Shown: positions 7,659-17,475 of the stretch, piece by piece
Position numbering within the stretch: the stretch's first letter is position 1
Layout: the number at the start of each line of letters is the position of its first letter
Assembly (NCBI GenBank): GCA_037139555.1
Contig: JBAXGE010000003.1
Location: 1 to 43,775 of the forward strand
Source of the DNA: Phycisphaerae bacterium
GTDB taxonomy: Bacteria; Planctomycetota; Phycisphaerae; WQYP01
Direction: 5' to 3'
DNA length: 43,775 nt
Notes under the pieces: model-generated
The model's input: only the letters and a program-made list of their open reading frames with translations
The model's database searches: none
What the model was told of the DNA's origin: nothing
Made by a program: the position numbers and the translations under genes

Positions 7659-8810
7659 ATGAGCATGGCCCCGATACCCGAAGTTCTCGACGCGATCCGT
7701 GCGGGCAAGATGGTTGTGTTGGTGGATGATGAAGAGCGCGAGAACGAGGGCGATCTGGTTTGTGCAGCCCAGTTCATCACGCCGGAAACGGTGAATTTCA
7801 TGTTGCGCGAGGCCCGGGGGGTTTTGTGCGTGGCCTTGCGGGCGGAAGATTGCGACCGACTGCAGCTGTATCCGCAGGCGATTCATAACACCGCACCGCT
7901 GGGGACGGCCTTTACGGTGACGGTGGACGCGCATCCCCGCCATGGTATTTCTACCGGCGTGTCCGCGTGGGAGCGGGCCAAGACGATTCAGGTGCTGATT
8001 AATCCGCAGTCCACCCCGTCGGATTTGTGTCGCCCCGGACACATCAACCCCTTGCGGGCCAAGCCCGGCGGGGTTTTGGAACGCGCCGGCCAGACCGAAG
8101 GCTCGGTGGATTTGTGCCTGCTGGCGGGGGTGATCCCGGCGGGGGTGATTATCGAAATTATGAACGAAGACGGCAGCATGGCCCGCCGGCCGGAACTGGA
8201 AAAGTTCTGCCAGCGTCACGGCCTGCTGATGTGCAGTAATGCCGATCTGATTGAATACCGATTGCGGCAGGATACCCTGATCCGCCGGCTGCGCAGTATG
8301 CCGGTGCAAACCGAGTATGGTCTGTTCGACATGATCGTCTATGAAACGGTGGGAGATAACCTGCTGCATCTTGCGATGTGTTATGGCGGGGTGGGTATGC
8401 AGGATGAGCAGCATCATGCCGTGGCCCAACCTGAGCCGGTGCTGGTACGGATGCATGCGGAGAATTTGGTGGGCGATGTTTTTGGCGGTCAGGGCTTTAC
8501 CGGCAGTCGGGAACTACATGAATCCATGCGCCGGATCACTCAGGCGGGTAAGGGGGCACTGGTCTATTTACGGCAACCCTCGCGGGGTTTGGCGTTGCTG
8601 GACCGGCTACCGCTGGCCAATGGCGACGCGGCCCAGCCGCCGGTCATGGATCGCCGGGATTTTGGGATCGGGGCACAAATCCTGCGCGATTTGGGCCTGA
8701 CTAAATTGCGGTTACTGACCAATCGCCCGAAAAAATATCTCGGACTGGAAGGTTTTGGCCTGACGGTGGTGGAGCAGATACCGATCACCGGGACGGAAAC
8801 CAAGGCTTGA
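7659..8810 (+). CDS. ribB: 3,4-dihydroxy-2-butanone-4-phosphate synthase fused to a degenerate GTP cyclohydrolase II-like domain (RibBX-type)
   Basis: VLVDDEERENEGDLV, TAFTVTVD, TGVSA, RPGHINPL, GGVLERAGQTE and IIEIMNEDGSMAR. The C-terminal domain has VRMH, GIGAQILRDLG and LLTN but lacks the Zn-binding cysteines. The start is 7659 (GGAG RBS) or 7620. Confidence 0.9.
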   Translation: MSMAPIPEVLDAIRAGKMVVLVDDEERENEGDLVCAAQFITPETVNFMLREARGVLCVALRAEDCDRLQLYPQAIHNTAPLGTAFTVTVDAHPRHGISTGVSAWERAKTIQVLINPQSTPSDLCRPGHINPLRAKPGGVLERAGQTEGSVDLCLLAGVIPAGVIIEIMNEDGSMARRPELEKFCQRHGLLMCSNADLIEYRLRQDTLIRRLRSMPVQTEYGLFDMIVYETVGDNLLHLAMCYGGVGMQDEQHHAVAQPEPVLVRMHAENLVGDVFGGQGFTGSRELHESMRRITQAGKGALVYLRQPSRGLALLDRLPLANGDAAQPPVMDRRDFGIGAQILRDLGLTKLRLLTNRPKKYLGLEGFGLTVVEQIPITGTETKA

Positions 8811-8863
8811 ACGTGGCACCCGTGAATACGTAATTTTAGGCTGTATCCCCGCAGCCATCTCCG

Positions 8864-8869
8864 TATAAT
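8864..8869 (+). promoter_or_regulatory. Consensus -10 box 6 nt upstream of the ATG (probable leaderless transcript)
   Basis: TATAAT at 8864-8869, ATG at 8876, no Shine-Dalgarno. Confidence 0.55.
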
Positions 8870-8875
8870 ACTGAC

Positions 8876-11800
8876 ATGGTGGAGTTTGCCCCCCAACCTC
8901 TGATGAACACCCGCCACGCTTTACGGCTGGTGGCGGGCCGCGCTTGGGCGCTGCGTTTGGGGGGACATTTGCTTTGGTCCGTGTTGGCGGTGGCGGGGGT
9001 TTGGCTGGTTGCGGGGCTGGGGTGGATTTATGCGCCCGCATGGGAACCGCTGCGCTGGACGTTGCGGATCGGGGCGTGGCTTAGTTTGGCTTATCCACTG
9101 TGGGTCTTGGTCCGGCAACGCCGGGGCTTGGGGTTATTGGCCATCGCCCGGCAGGTGGATACCCACCAACCCGAGACGGCGGAACTCTTTTCCACCGCGC
9201 TGCAATGTGCGCATGAAGATGATGCCACCGCGACAGGTTCGCCGTGGTTGAAACGGCAGATTTTGGCTCAGGCCGAAGCCGCGTATCAGGAAATCGAACC
9301 CGCCCGAGTGGTCTCGCTGCGTCCGGTCGCATGGGCACTGCTGGGCATGGCGCTGATGGCGCTGGTCTGGGTGGGCGCGGGCTGGACGGTGGGGCCGAAA
9401 TTATTTTCCGGAATCAAGCAGGTATTTTATCCCCAGGCGCTGGGCAGTGTGGAAGTGGTCTTTGTGGCCACGATGGATGGTAAAACCCCCGCGACGGGCT
9501 GGGCCGTGGTGGAGGGCAGTGCCCCGCAGATTCTGGTGCGGGTCCGGCGCGCGGGCCAGGAAACGTTTCTCGATGCCGACACGCTGGGCACGCTGGAAGC
9601 ACATCTGGAAACCAATACCGGGGAAACTTCCAGTCAGCGGTTGGATATACTCGAACGCACCGAGGGCACGTATTTACTACGGCTGTCCTCGTTAAAGCAG
9701 GATGTCCATTTTACGGTGGTGGCCGAGGGACGGGAGGGACGCTATGAGTCCGGGCGTTACAGCTTGGAAATATTACCCTTGCCGTGGGTCTTGGTCGCCC
9801 AGAGCAAGATTGAATTCCCCGCCTATACCCATTGGCCGGCGCAGGAATTACAGGCGACCGATGGACAGGTCAAAGCCTTGGTGGGTAGTGATGTGACCTT
9901 GCAGTTTCAAACCAACCAGCCGGTACTGAGCCGCAGTCGGATTGTGTTTACCCACGCCGATGGTCATACCAGTGCGTTACCGCTGATCACGCAGCTTGAG
10001 GGATGGAGCGGCGCCCGCTGGGCGCTGCGCGATCAGGTGCGGTATCAGGTGGAGTTATATAGTTCGGAAGAACGGCGCAACCTACAGGCGTGGCAGGGGC
10101 GGATTGAGGCGGTGCCCGATGATCCGCCAGTGGCCACGATCGTGCAACCCATGGGTACGCTGCGGGTGCGGCCCACGGCGGTGATTCCGTTGCAACTGGA
10201 AGCGCATGATGATGTGGCGCTGGCGGGCGCTGAGTTGCGTCTGCAAGCCGATAGCTGGCAGCGCGTGTTACCGTTGGATCTGCCGGCGGCCACCGCGCAA
10301 TGGCAGACGGCCTACACGCTCGACTTAACATCGCAGCAGGTGCGCATCCCGGCCCAGATTAAACGGGTCAGCGTGTGTCTGGCGGTGCGTGATGGCTTGC
10401 CCCCGCAGGGGCAATGGGGCGTATCGGCGCCATTGTGGTTGGACTTGGATCCGGCCGCACCGTTGGTGGTGAATCCGGAAGATTCCGTGGCCTTGCAGGA
10501 GCGTCTAGAACTGCTCAAACAAGCCCAGCAGGCGTTGGAACAGGCCCAGCAACAATTGCAGGCCACCACGCGCCCAAGTGCCACGATGCCCAACGCGGAT
10601 ACCGCCTGGCAGGAAGCCCGCAAGAATCTCGACCAAGCCGAAACGGCGTTGGCGCAGGCCCAGCGTCCCAGTCTGGACCCTAAGACCGACCCGGTGAATC
10701 AGGCGCGGCAACAGACTCAAGCCGCGCAGGAGCAGCTATCGCCCCAGCGCCCCGACAAGCCGCAGGAGGCCGCACAACGTGCGCAGTCAGCCCAGCAGGC
10801 AATCAATGAAGCACGGCAGGATATTGCCCAAGCCCAGCAAGGTTTGCAGCAGGAAGCGCAGGCCAAAGACCTGGCGCGGAAATTGGAGGCACTGAGTCGC
10901 CAGTCCGCCAGTACCCAGCCGGGGGCGGAAAAACCCGAGCAACAAGCTGCCGCCGCACAGCAAGCGCAAAAGGATGTGCAGCAACTGCGCCGCGAACATC
11001 CCGAACTCGACGCCGCCATGCAGCAGCAACAACAACGCCAGCGCAACGAGCAGGCAGAAGCGCTGGACCGGATTGCCGCCCAGCAGGAAACCCTGCGTCA
11101 GCAGGCCAAACAGGCAGCCCAGCGTGAGCAACTCGCCAAGAACCCGGAAACACTGGCCCAGCAGCAAGAGGCCTTGAACAAACAAATTCAATCTGCTCAG
11201 GGCAAGAAAGACCCTGCGCCCGGCCCGGATAAGAATGCCGATAAGACACCACCGTCGGTACCGGATGCTTTGCGCAAAGGGGAGTTCAAACAGGCGGAAA
11301 GTCGCCAGCAAACCACCGCAGAGCAACTGGTACAACAAGCCCGGGAGCAGGAAGGCAAGAGCCAAAAGGAAGCCCCAGCGCAAGCGCGTTTGAAACAGGC
11401 TCAGCGTGAGCAGGAGTCTGTGGACAAAGCCCAGGAAACCCTGAAACAGGCCAAGCAGGCCCCCAATCCCGGACAAAGTTCCAACCTCACCCGGCAGGCC
11501 GCTGATGCCACGGAGCGTGCACTCCGCCAGCAGGAACAGCGCCCCGAGGCGGCCAAGGATACTGCCGCCATGCGACAAGAACTAAGGGCTGCGCGGCAGG
11601 CACTGGAACAGGGCGCCACCGAGGAGGCCCGGCAGAAGCTGGAGAGTGTGAACCAGCGTATGAACCAGAAGACGCAGCAGGCCCAGCAGTCAGCCAAGCA
11701 ATCCGTCCAACAGGCCCAGCAGGCCAGTCAGCAGGCCAAGGACCTACGGCAATTGGCGCAGCAGCAAGAGACGCTACGGGAACTAACCCAGCAGGCCCGG

Positions 11801-12484
11801 GAAGGCGCCCAAGGTGAAAAACCAGCGGACCGCGCCCAGCAGCAGGCCCAACAACAGAAAGCCGCCGATGCCCTCAAGCAGGTGGCGCAAAAGCTGACCC
11901 AATCCGGGGCTAATGATCCGAAGTCCCAAGACCTGGCGCGGCGTGCGGCGGAAGCTCAGCAGAAATCCGCTACGGAACCCACGGCCACCCAACGACTGGC
12001 CCAGCAGGAACAAGCCCGCGCGTTAACCCGCGAACTGCGGCAAACCCTGCAACCCCAGAATAACGGCCCGCAGCGCGACGACCCGCAACTGGATCAAATC
12101 GCCCGTGAGTTAACCCCCGGTTCCGGGGAAACCAAACCCGGTTCTGAAAACAGTTCCAGCGATTGGGACCAGCGGATTCGGCGCGCTGCCGACTGGGCCA
12201 AACAACGCCAGCAGGCGCAGAGTCCGCAAATGGCCCAGCGACCCACTACGCCCAATAATCGGCAATCTGTGGAGGCCCCGCCGGGCGTGCCCGCACCGGT
12301 GGACCTGCAAGCCGCGCCGGCGGCACTGGGGATGCGGCCCGGGGATTGGGCCAAGTTGCCAGATGCCACGCGCACGCAAATCCTGCAAACGGCCCCGCAG
12401 CGTTTGCCCGCAGGTTACGAAGAAATGGTCCGCGCCTATTATTTGCGGCTGGCCCAGATGCCCACACCGCCGGGAGGCAACTAA
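8876..12484 (+). CDS. Large membrane-anchored DUF4175-like protein (about 3 TM, Ig-like beta domains, long Gln/Ala-rich coiled coil)
   Basis: Three N-terminal hydrophobic segments, FPAYT, ALVGSDVTL, VPDDPP and AHDDVAL motifs, a Q/A/E-rich helical region of roughly 550 aa, and a C-terminal WAKLP...PAGYEEMVRAYYLRLA signature. Confidence 0.8.
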   Translation: MVEFAPQPLMNTRHALRLVAGRAWALRLGGHLLWSVLAVAGVWLVAGLGWIYAPAWEPLRWTLRIGAWLSLAYPLWVLVRQRRGLGLLAIARQVDTHQPETAELFSTALQCAHEDDATATGSPWLKRQILAQAEAAYQEIEPARVVSLRPVAWALLGMALMALVWVGAGWTVGPKLFSGIKQVFYPQALGSVEVVFVATMDGKTPATGWAVVEGSAPQILVRVRRAGQETFLDADTLGTLEAHLETNTGETSSQRLDILERTEGTYLLRLSSLKQDVHFTVVAEGREGRYESGRYSLEILPLPWVLVAQSKIEFPAYTHWPAQELQATDGQVKALVGSDVTLQFQTNQPVLSRSRIVFTHADGHTSALPLITQLEGWSGARWALRDQVRYQVELYSSEERRNLQAWQGRIEAVPDDPPVATIVQPMGTLRVRPTAVIPLQLEAHDDVALAGAELRLQADSWQRVLPLDLPAATAQWQTAYTLDLTSQQVRIPAQIKRVSVCLAVRDGLPPQGQWGVSAPLWLDLDPAAPLVVNPEDSVALQERLELLKQAQQALEQAQQQLQATTRPSATMPNADTAWQEARKNLDQAETALAQAQRPSLDPKTDPVNQARQQTQAAQEQLSPQRPDKPQEAAQRAQSAQQAINEARQDIAQAQQGLQQEAQAKDLARKLEALSRQSASTQPGAEKPEQQAAAAQQAQKDVQQLRREHPELDAAMQQQQQRQRNEQAEALDRIAAQQETLRQQAKQAAQREQLAKNPETLAQQQEALNKQIQSAQGKKDPAPGPDKNADKTPPSVPDALRKGEFKQAESRQQTTAEQLVQQAREQEGKSQKEAPAQARLKQAQREQESVDKAQETLKQAKQAPNPGQSSNLTRQAADATERALRQQEQRPEAAKDTAAMRQELRAARQALEQGATEEARQKLESVNQRMNQKTQQAQQSAKQSVQQAQQASQQAKDLRQLAQQQETLRELTQQAREGAQGEKPADRAQQQAQQQKAADALKQVAQKLTQSGANDPKSQDLARRAAEAQQKSATEPTATQRLAQQEQARALTRELRQTLQPQNNGPQRDDPQLDQIARELTPGSGETKPGSENSSSDWDQRIRRAADWAKQRQQAQSPQMAQRPTTPNNRQSVEAPPGVPAPVDLQAAPAALGMRPGDWAKLPDATRTQILQTAPQRLPAGYEEMVRAYYLRLAQMPTPPGGN

Positions 12485-12485
12485 C

Positions 12486-13541
12486 ATGCGTCATGCCACC
12501 ACTTGGCTCGGTGCGGCAGGTTTACTGGCGATCAGCCTGTGCATTCCCTTGTCCGCGCCAGCCATACCCAACGGCGCCCCGGCACCGGCCGGCGTCCATC
12601 GTGGCGCGCAACTGGCCATGGAACGCGGGATTGCCTGGCTGGCTCAGCAGCAAGGTTCCAATGGCGCATGGTCTGCGGGCCGCGAATCTTCCAGCGCCAT
12701 CACCTCATTGGCGGTCATGGCGTTTCTGGCCAACGGCCACACGCCTACCGATGGCCCCTACGCCAAACAGGTGCAGGCCGGGATTAATTATGTGCTGAGT
12801 ATTCAGCAACCCAATGGTCTGTTCCGGACCAACAGCAACCAATCAGGTATGTATGATCAGGGGATTTCCACCCTGATGCTGTGTGAGGCCCATGGCGTGG
12901 CTGCACCCGCCCAGCGGACGAAGATTCGCACGGCATTGGCACTGGCGCTGCATGCCATTATGAATGCCCAAGCCCGGCAGGGACGGGCCGACGGGGGTTG
13001 GCGTTATAGCCCGGAGCCTAGCGATGCGGACATTTCGGTCACCGGCTGGCAGCTAATGGCCTTACGGGCGGCCGCCAATCAGGGGGCTGCAATTCCGCCG
13101 GAAGTCCTTGCCAAAGCAGTAGGTTACATCAAACGCCTGAGCAGTCCTTCGGGGGGATTTGGATATACAGGTCCTACTAATCTAACCACCGGCCGGACCG
13201 CCATCGGGATGTTGTCGCTGCAGTTGGCCGGTCAGGCGGATAGCCGCGAGGTGGCGACGGGGGCGGAATTCCTGCGCCGGAATCCGATTACGTTCAATCA
13301 GACCGAATTTTTCTATTATTCCAGCTACTACACCGCCCAAGCGGCTGCCCAGGGGGGTAGCGGGCTGTATAACGAGGTATATGGCCGGGTTCGGGATCAG
13401 GTCCTCGGCCAGCAGAATACCCAGGGGTATTGGTCCGCCAAGGGGGGTGTCGAGGAGGTTGGGGGGGATCATTATGCCACCAGCCTGGCGTTGCTGACCT
13501 TGGCGGTGGAACTGAAATACCTGCCGATTTACCAACATTAG
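12486..13541 (+). CDS. Exported prenyltransferase/squalene-oxidase-repeat (alpha/alpha toroid) protein
   Basis: Signal peptide, GIAWLAQQQGSNGAW, ITSLAVMAFLANGH, QQPNG, GGWRY...DADISVTGWQLMALRAA, GGFGY and YATSLALLTL...YLPIYQ. ATG at 12486 is 1 nt after the upstream stop. Confidence 0.85.
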   Translation: MRHATTWLGAAGLLAISLCIPLSAPAIPNGAPAPAGVHRGAQLAMERGIAWLAQQQGSNGAWSAGRESSSAITSLAVMAFLANGHTPTDGPYAKQVQAGINYVLSIQQPNGLFRTNSNQSGMYDQGISTLMLCEAHGVAAPAQRTKIRTALALALHAIMNAQARQGRADGGWRYSPEPSDADISVTGWQLMALRAAANQGAAIPPEVLAKAVGYIKRLSSPSGGFGYTGPTNLTTGRTAIGMLSLQLAGQADSREVATGAEFLRRNPITFNQTEFFYYSSYYTAQAAAQGGSGLYNEVYGRVRDQVLGQQNTQGYWSAKGGVEEVGGDHYATSLALLTLAVELKYLPIYQH

Positions 13542-13614
13542 TTTGGCCTGTTAGCCGTTCTGGTCTATGATAGGATACATGCGGAAAAGCGAAGAACGCC
13601 CCAACCTGTCTCAG

Positions 13615-13643
13615 TTGACGTGCGTTGGTGCAGCCGATAGCTT
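13615..13643 (+). promoter_or_regulatory. Sigma70-type promoter TTGACG-17-TAGCTT
   Basis: TTGACG at 13615-13620 and TAGCTT at 13638-13643, upstream of the SH3 protein gene (AGGAG RBS). Confidence 0.55.
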
Positions 13644-13684
13644 GGTTCGCTGGACAAGATATGGCTTTGGCCAGGAGCATGATA

Positions 13685-15034
13685 ATGAATCGTAATACGC
13701 GAAACAGTTGGTTGACAGTTTTATTGACAGTGGCGGTGGCGGGTCCGGTTATGGCCCAGACGGCCGCGACGCGTTTGCCGGTGAGTGTCACCACGCGACC
13801 GGCTGCGACAGCGCCGACGTCGATGCCCGCGACACCGTTGGTGGCGCCGGTGGTGTTGGTACCGACCACAGGTCCGGTCATCACCGAACCGTTCATCGGC
13901 CGGGTGAGTTCGGACCGCGTGTATGTGCGCAGTGCCGCGCAAGCGGAAGCGTATGCGTTGGGCCAATTGCGCAAGAATGAACTGGTCAAAGTTGTCGGCC
14001 AGAAAAATGGCTGGTATCTGATTGCCGCGCCGACCGGAACGGTCAGCTATGTGGCCAAAGAATTATTGCAGCCCGCCGCCGACGGCAAAACCGGCGAGAT
14101 CAAAGGCGAGTATGTGAATGTGCGGGCGGCCAGCGCGCTGTTCCCGAATTCCAGTCACAATGTGCTGGCGGTGGTGCAGAAGGGCACTGCAGTGGGGATT
14201 CTCGGTGAGACGGATAAGTTCTATCTGGTCACACCGCCGGAAAAAGCCTACGTGTATGTCTCCAGTCAATTCATCAAACCAGCGGAAGCCGGGGCCACGT
14301 ATAGTGCACCGGAACTGTATCTGCCGGCGAATGTGAAGTCGTTACAGGAACGCGCGGTGGCGGCCACGGCGCCGACCAACAATGTGGCTGGTACCCAACC
14401 GGGCAATACTGATGTGACCACCCAGCCCACCGAAGTAGTGATCGTGCCGCCGGTGCCGACGGTTACGGTGGATCAGAGCGTGTACAAACAATTTGCCGAT
14501 CTCAATGCCCGCACGCAGGCGGAGTTGACCAAGCCGTTGCGTGAAGAAAAGCTGGAACCGTATCTTGCGGAATTCACCGCCATGGCCGCGCAGAAAGACG
14601 CGCCCAGTTCGGTCGTCACCGCAGCTCAGGCGCGGATTGAGTTCCTGAACAAGCGCATCGAGATTCAGAAGCTCGCCATGGCCACCGCGCCGGAACAAAC
14701 CGCCGCGCTGGATCAGCAGCGGGCTGCCTTGCAGGAAACGTTTGATTCCGTGCAACGCAAGCTGGCGGCGGCCGCCATCGAATCCCCAACCTATCTGGCC
14801 TCGGGCCGGTTGCAGACTTCCACCGCGGTGGCGGGCAAGTATGTGCTGGTCAATCCCAACAGTGGCCGCACGGTGGCGTATCTGCGTTCGGACAGCGACA
14901 TTGATTTGACCCCGTTGCTGGGACAGTTTGTCGGCATCAAAGGCCGTCTGGAACAAGTGCCCGGCACGCAGATGCAGGCGATTCGCGTGAGTTCCGCGAC
15001 GCTGATGCCGGTGCCCAAAGACCTTCAGGACTGA
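13685..15034 (+). CDS. Exported protein with two bacterial SH3 domains, a helical region and a C-terminal beta domain
   Basis: Signal peptide and Thr/Pro/Ala-rich linker. SH3b-like repeats VYVRS...VKVVGQKNGWYLI and VNVRA...VGILGETDKFYLV. The start is 13685 or 13679. Confidence 0.8.
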   Translation: MNRNTRNSWLTVLLTVAVAGPVMAQTAATRLPVSVTTRPAATAPTSMPATPLVAPVVLVPTTGPVITEPFIGRVSSDRVYVRSAAQAEAYALGQLRKNELVKVVGQKNGWYLIAAPTGTVSYVAKELLQPAADGKTGEIKGEYVNVRAASALFPNSSHNVLAVVQKGTAVGILGETDKFYLVTPPEKAYVYVSSQFIKPAEAGATYSAPELYLPANVKSLQERAVAATAPTNNVAGTQPGNTDVTTQPTEVVIVPPVPTVTVDQSVYKQFADLNARTQAELTKPLREEKLEPYLAEFTAMAAQKDAPSSVVTAAQARIEFLNKRIEIQKLAMATAPEQTAALDQQRAALQETFDSVQRKLAAAAIESPTYLASGRLQTSTAVAGKYVLVNPNSGRTVAYLRSDSDIDLTPLLGQFVGIKGRLEQVPGTQMQAIRVSSATLMPVPKDLQD

Positions 15035-15053
15035 TCCGCACCGAGGAGCACGC

Positions 15054-15980
15054 ATGTCCCAACCCGCCCCGGCGCCGAGTGTGCCCGCTGAGCCATTTCA
15101 ATGGCGTCAGCTCTGGGATGTGCTGGTCTACCGTTGGAACCGGGATTTAATTTTTACGCATGCGGCGGCGCTTTCCTACAGCACACTTTTTTCACTGTTG
15201 CCATTGCTGGTGTTGGCGGCGTTGATTTTGTCGCTGGCCGGGGGCTCGGGCGATAGTAATACCATGGCTAAAAACGTGCAGGATTGGTTGCTGGACAAAC
15301 TCGGACTGGGCCAAATTCAGTTGACCGTGGACAATGTGCAGTACAGCCTGCCGCAATATCTCTCCAGCCAGATCGAACATATCCGCGCGGTGGTGCAATC
15401 GGCCACTACGGGGATTATTGGTTTCGTGGCTTTGCTGTGGGGGGCGCTGGGGTTGATGTTGGCGATGGAAACTTCGTTCAATCATATTTGCCGCATCAAT
15501 ACCAAGCGGGCTTTCCCGCAACGTCTGATGTTGTACTGGACCACCTTAACGCTGGGGCCGGTCGTTGTGGCGATTTCTGTGTATGCCACTTCACAATTAT
15601 TCAAAGTAACCGAATATCTGTCCGCGTATGAATTCATCGCCAAATCAATCTCGCTGATGATCCAGTTTTCCACCAGTTGGCTGCTGATGTATGCGGCGTA
15701 TCGGATTGTGCCCAGTGTGGTGCTGCCGTTCCGATCGCTGATGTGGGGCGCGGTGGTGGCAACGGTATTGTGGGAACTGGGCAAGTACGGCTTCACCATG
15801 TACCTGCATAACACCGTTGGCGTGGGCCGCTGGTATGGCAATTTGGGACTCATTCCCATGTTCATGTTCTGGGTCTATATCACGTGGTCGTTCGTGCTGC
15901 TGGGCTTGCAGGTCGCGGCGGTACATAACCGCTGGCCGAAAGAACTGGCCGAAGCGCGGGCCGCCAAATTAGCCAAGTAA
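15054..15980 (+). CDS. YihY/BrkB (UPF0761) family membrane protein
   Basis: AAALSYSTLFSLLPLL, METSFNHI, YWTTLTLGP, LWELGKYGF and YGNLGLIPMFMFWVYITW..VLLG. Confidence 0.9.
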   Translation: MSQPAPAPSVPAEPFQWRQLWDVLVYRWNRDLIFTHAAALSYSTLFSLLPLLVLAALILSLAGGSGDSNTMAKNVQDWLLDKLGLGQIQLTVDNVQYSLPQYLSSQIEHIRAVVQSATTGIIGFVALLWGALGLMLAMETSFNHICRINTKRAFPQRLMLYWTTLTLGPVVVAISVYATSQLFKVTEYLSAYEFIAKSISLMIQFSTSWLLMYAAYRIVPSVVLPFRSLMWGAVVATVLWELGKYGFTMYLHNTVGVGRWYGNLGLIPMFMFWVYITWSFVLLGLQVAAVHNRWPKELAEARAAKLAK

Positions 15981-16013
15981 TCCTACCCATACCCGCCGGG
16001 CTACCAGCGGGGG

Positions 16014-17468
16014 TTAATATTCCACACTGGGCAAATCCGCCGGACTGGGGACATAACCCTTGTGCGTGGGTTTGTTGGTGTCCTGGGTAATGCCCAGGGC
16101 CCGAATAATCGCCTCCACATCATCCGCCACTTGAATGGGGGGATTGGCAATCCGGCCCCAGGTGGGTTCGGCCGCGGGTTGGATGGCATTTTTTGTCTTC
16201 ACACCGGTGTGATAATGCACTGTGGCATCGGGGTCTTTCAACCCATGACCGGTGAGGATGCACACGACGCGTTCCTGCCGGCCAATGATTTGCCGGCTGA
16301 GTAATTGTTGCAGCCCGGCAATGGTCGCCGCCGAAGCGGGTTCGCAACCAAAACCATACCGGCCCACCAGCGCCTTGGCTTCCAGAATTTCTTCATCGGT
16401 CACTTCCGTCACCACGCCGTTCATCACATGCAGGGCCCGCAGGGCCTTTTTCAGATTTACCGGGCGACTGATCTCAATCGCGCTGGCGATGGTGTGGGGG
16501 TGGTACTGGCTCTGGTCCATCTGCTGGTAGAGATTTTTGATGGGGGCGTTGTCCACATGGCCGTTGTTCCATTTCAGACCATCACGATTAACCAGCGTGT
16601 GCAGGGTGTTGGCGCCTTGGGCATTGATAATCGCCAAGCGCGGAGCACGTTTGACCAGGCCCAATTCCAATAATTCCATATAGGCTTTGCCGAAGGCGCT
16701 GCAGTTGCCGAGATTACCGCCGGGGACGACGATCCAATCCGGGGCTTCCCACGCGAGTGATTCGAGGATGCGGTACATGATGGACTTCTGGCCTTCCAGC
16801 CGGAAGGGATTCACCGAGTTCATCAGATACAGGCCCAGTTGGCTGGATACTTCGCGCACGCGGCGCAGGCAGGCATCAAAGTCGCCGGCGATTTGCAGCG
16901 TCTTGGCCCCGTAGTCCAGCGCTTGGGATAATTTGCCGAAGGCAATTTTACCCGAGCCGATAAACACCACGCCTTGGAAGCCGCACTGGGCGGCATAGAC
17001 GGCGAGGCTGGCCGACGTATTGCCGGTGCTGGCGCAGGCCACATGCGTGGCGCCCACCATGCGGGCATGGGTAAAGGCGGCAGTCATGCCGTTATCTTTG
17101 AACGAACCCGACGGGTTCATGCCTTCATATTGCAGATACAACTGCCCCGGCCACATGCCGAGTTGCCGGCCCAGACACTGGGCATTTTGCAGGAAGGTCT
17201 GACCTTCGCCGATGGTGCAGACCATCGCATCGCCCGCGAACGGCAGCAGATCGCGGAAACGCCATACCCCGCTATGGTCGAGTGGGAAACGCCGATGGCC
17301 CCAGCGTGATTCGAAGTCACGCAGATGCTTGGGCACACGCACCTTGTCCCAGTCATAGCAAATGTCCAGCAACTCGCCGCACTTGGCGCAACTGGTCAGG
17401 GTTTGCGTGACCGCATACGTGGTGGCACAAGCGGGGTTGGTACAGCGTTGATGAGCAATGGTATTCAT
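16014..17468 (-). CDS. thrC: Threonine synthase (PLP-dependent, with N-terminal Zn-ribbon)
   Basis: [51 protein letters not shown] and LTGHGLKD. Start moved to the ATG at 17468. Confidence 0.95.
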   Translation of the reverse strand: MNTIAHQRCTNPACATTYAVTQTLTSCAKCGELLDICYDWDKVRVPKHLRDFESRWGHRRFPLDHSGVWRFRDLLPFAGDAMVCTIGEGQTFLQNAQCLGRQLGMWPGQLYLQYEGMNPSGSFKDNGMTAAFTHARMVGATHVACASTGNTSASLAVYAAQCGFQGVVFIGSGKIAFGKLSQALDYGAKTLQIAGDFDACLRRVREVSSQLGLYLMNSVNPFRLEGQKSIMYRILESLAWEAPDWIVVPGGNLGNCSAFGKAYMELLELGLVKRAPRLAIINAQGANTLHTLVNRDGLKWNNGHVDNAPIKNLYQQMDQSQYHPHTIASAIEISRPVNLKKALRALHVMNGVVTEVTDEEILEAKALVGRYGFGCEPASAATIAGLQQLLSRQIIGRQERVVCILTGHGLKDPDATVHYHTGVKTKNAIQPAAEPTWGRIANPPIQVADDVEAIIRALGITQDTNKPTHKGYVPSPADLPSVEY

Positions 17469-17475
17469 GCCCAAG

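Noticed and set aside
10500-12250. CAG/CAA-rich stretch as a tandem repeat or array
   Set aside because: It is explained by Gln/Ala-rich coiled-coil coding, with no fixed-length repeat unit or spacers.
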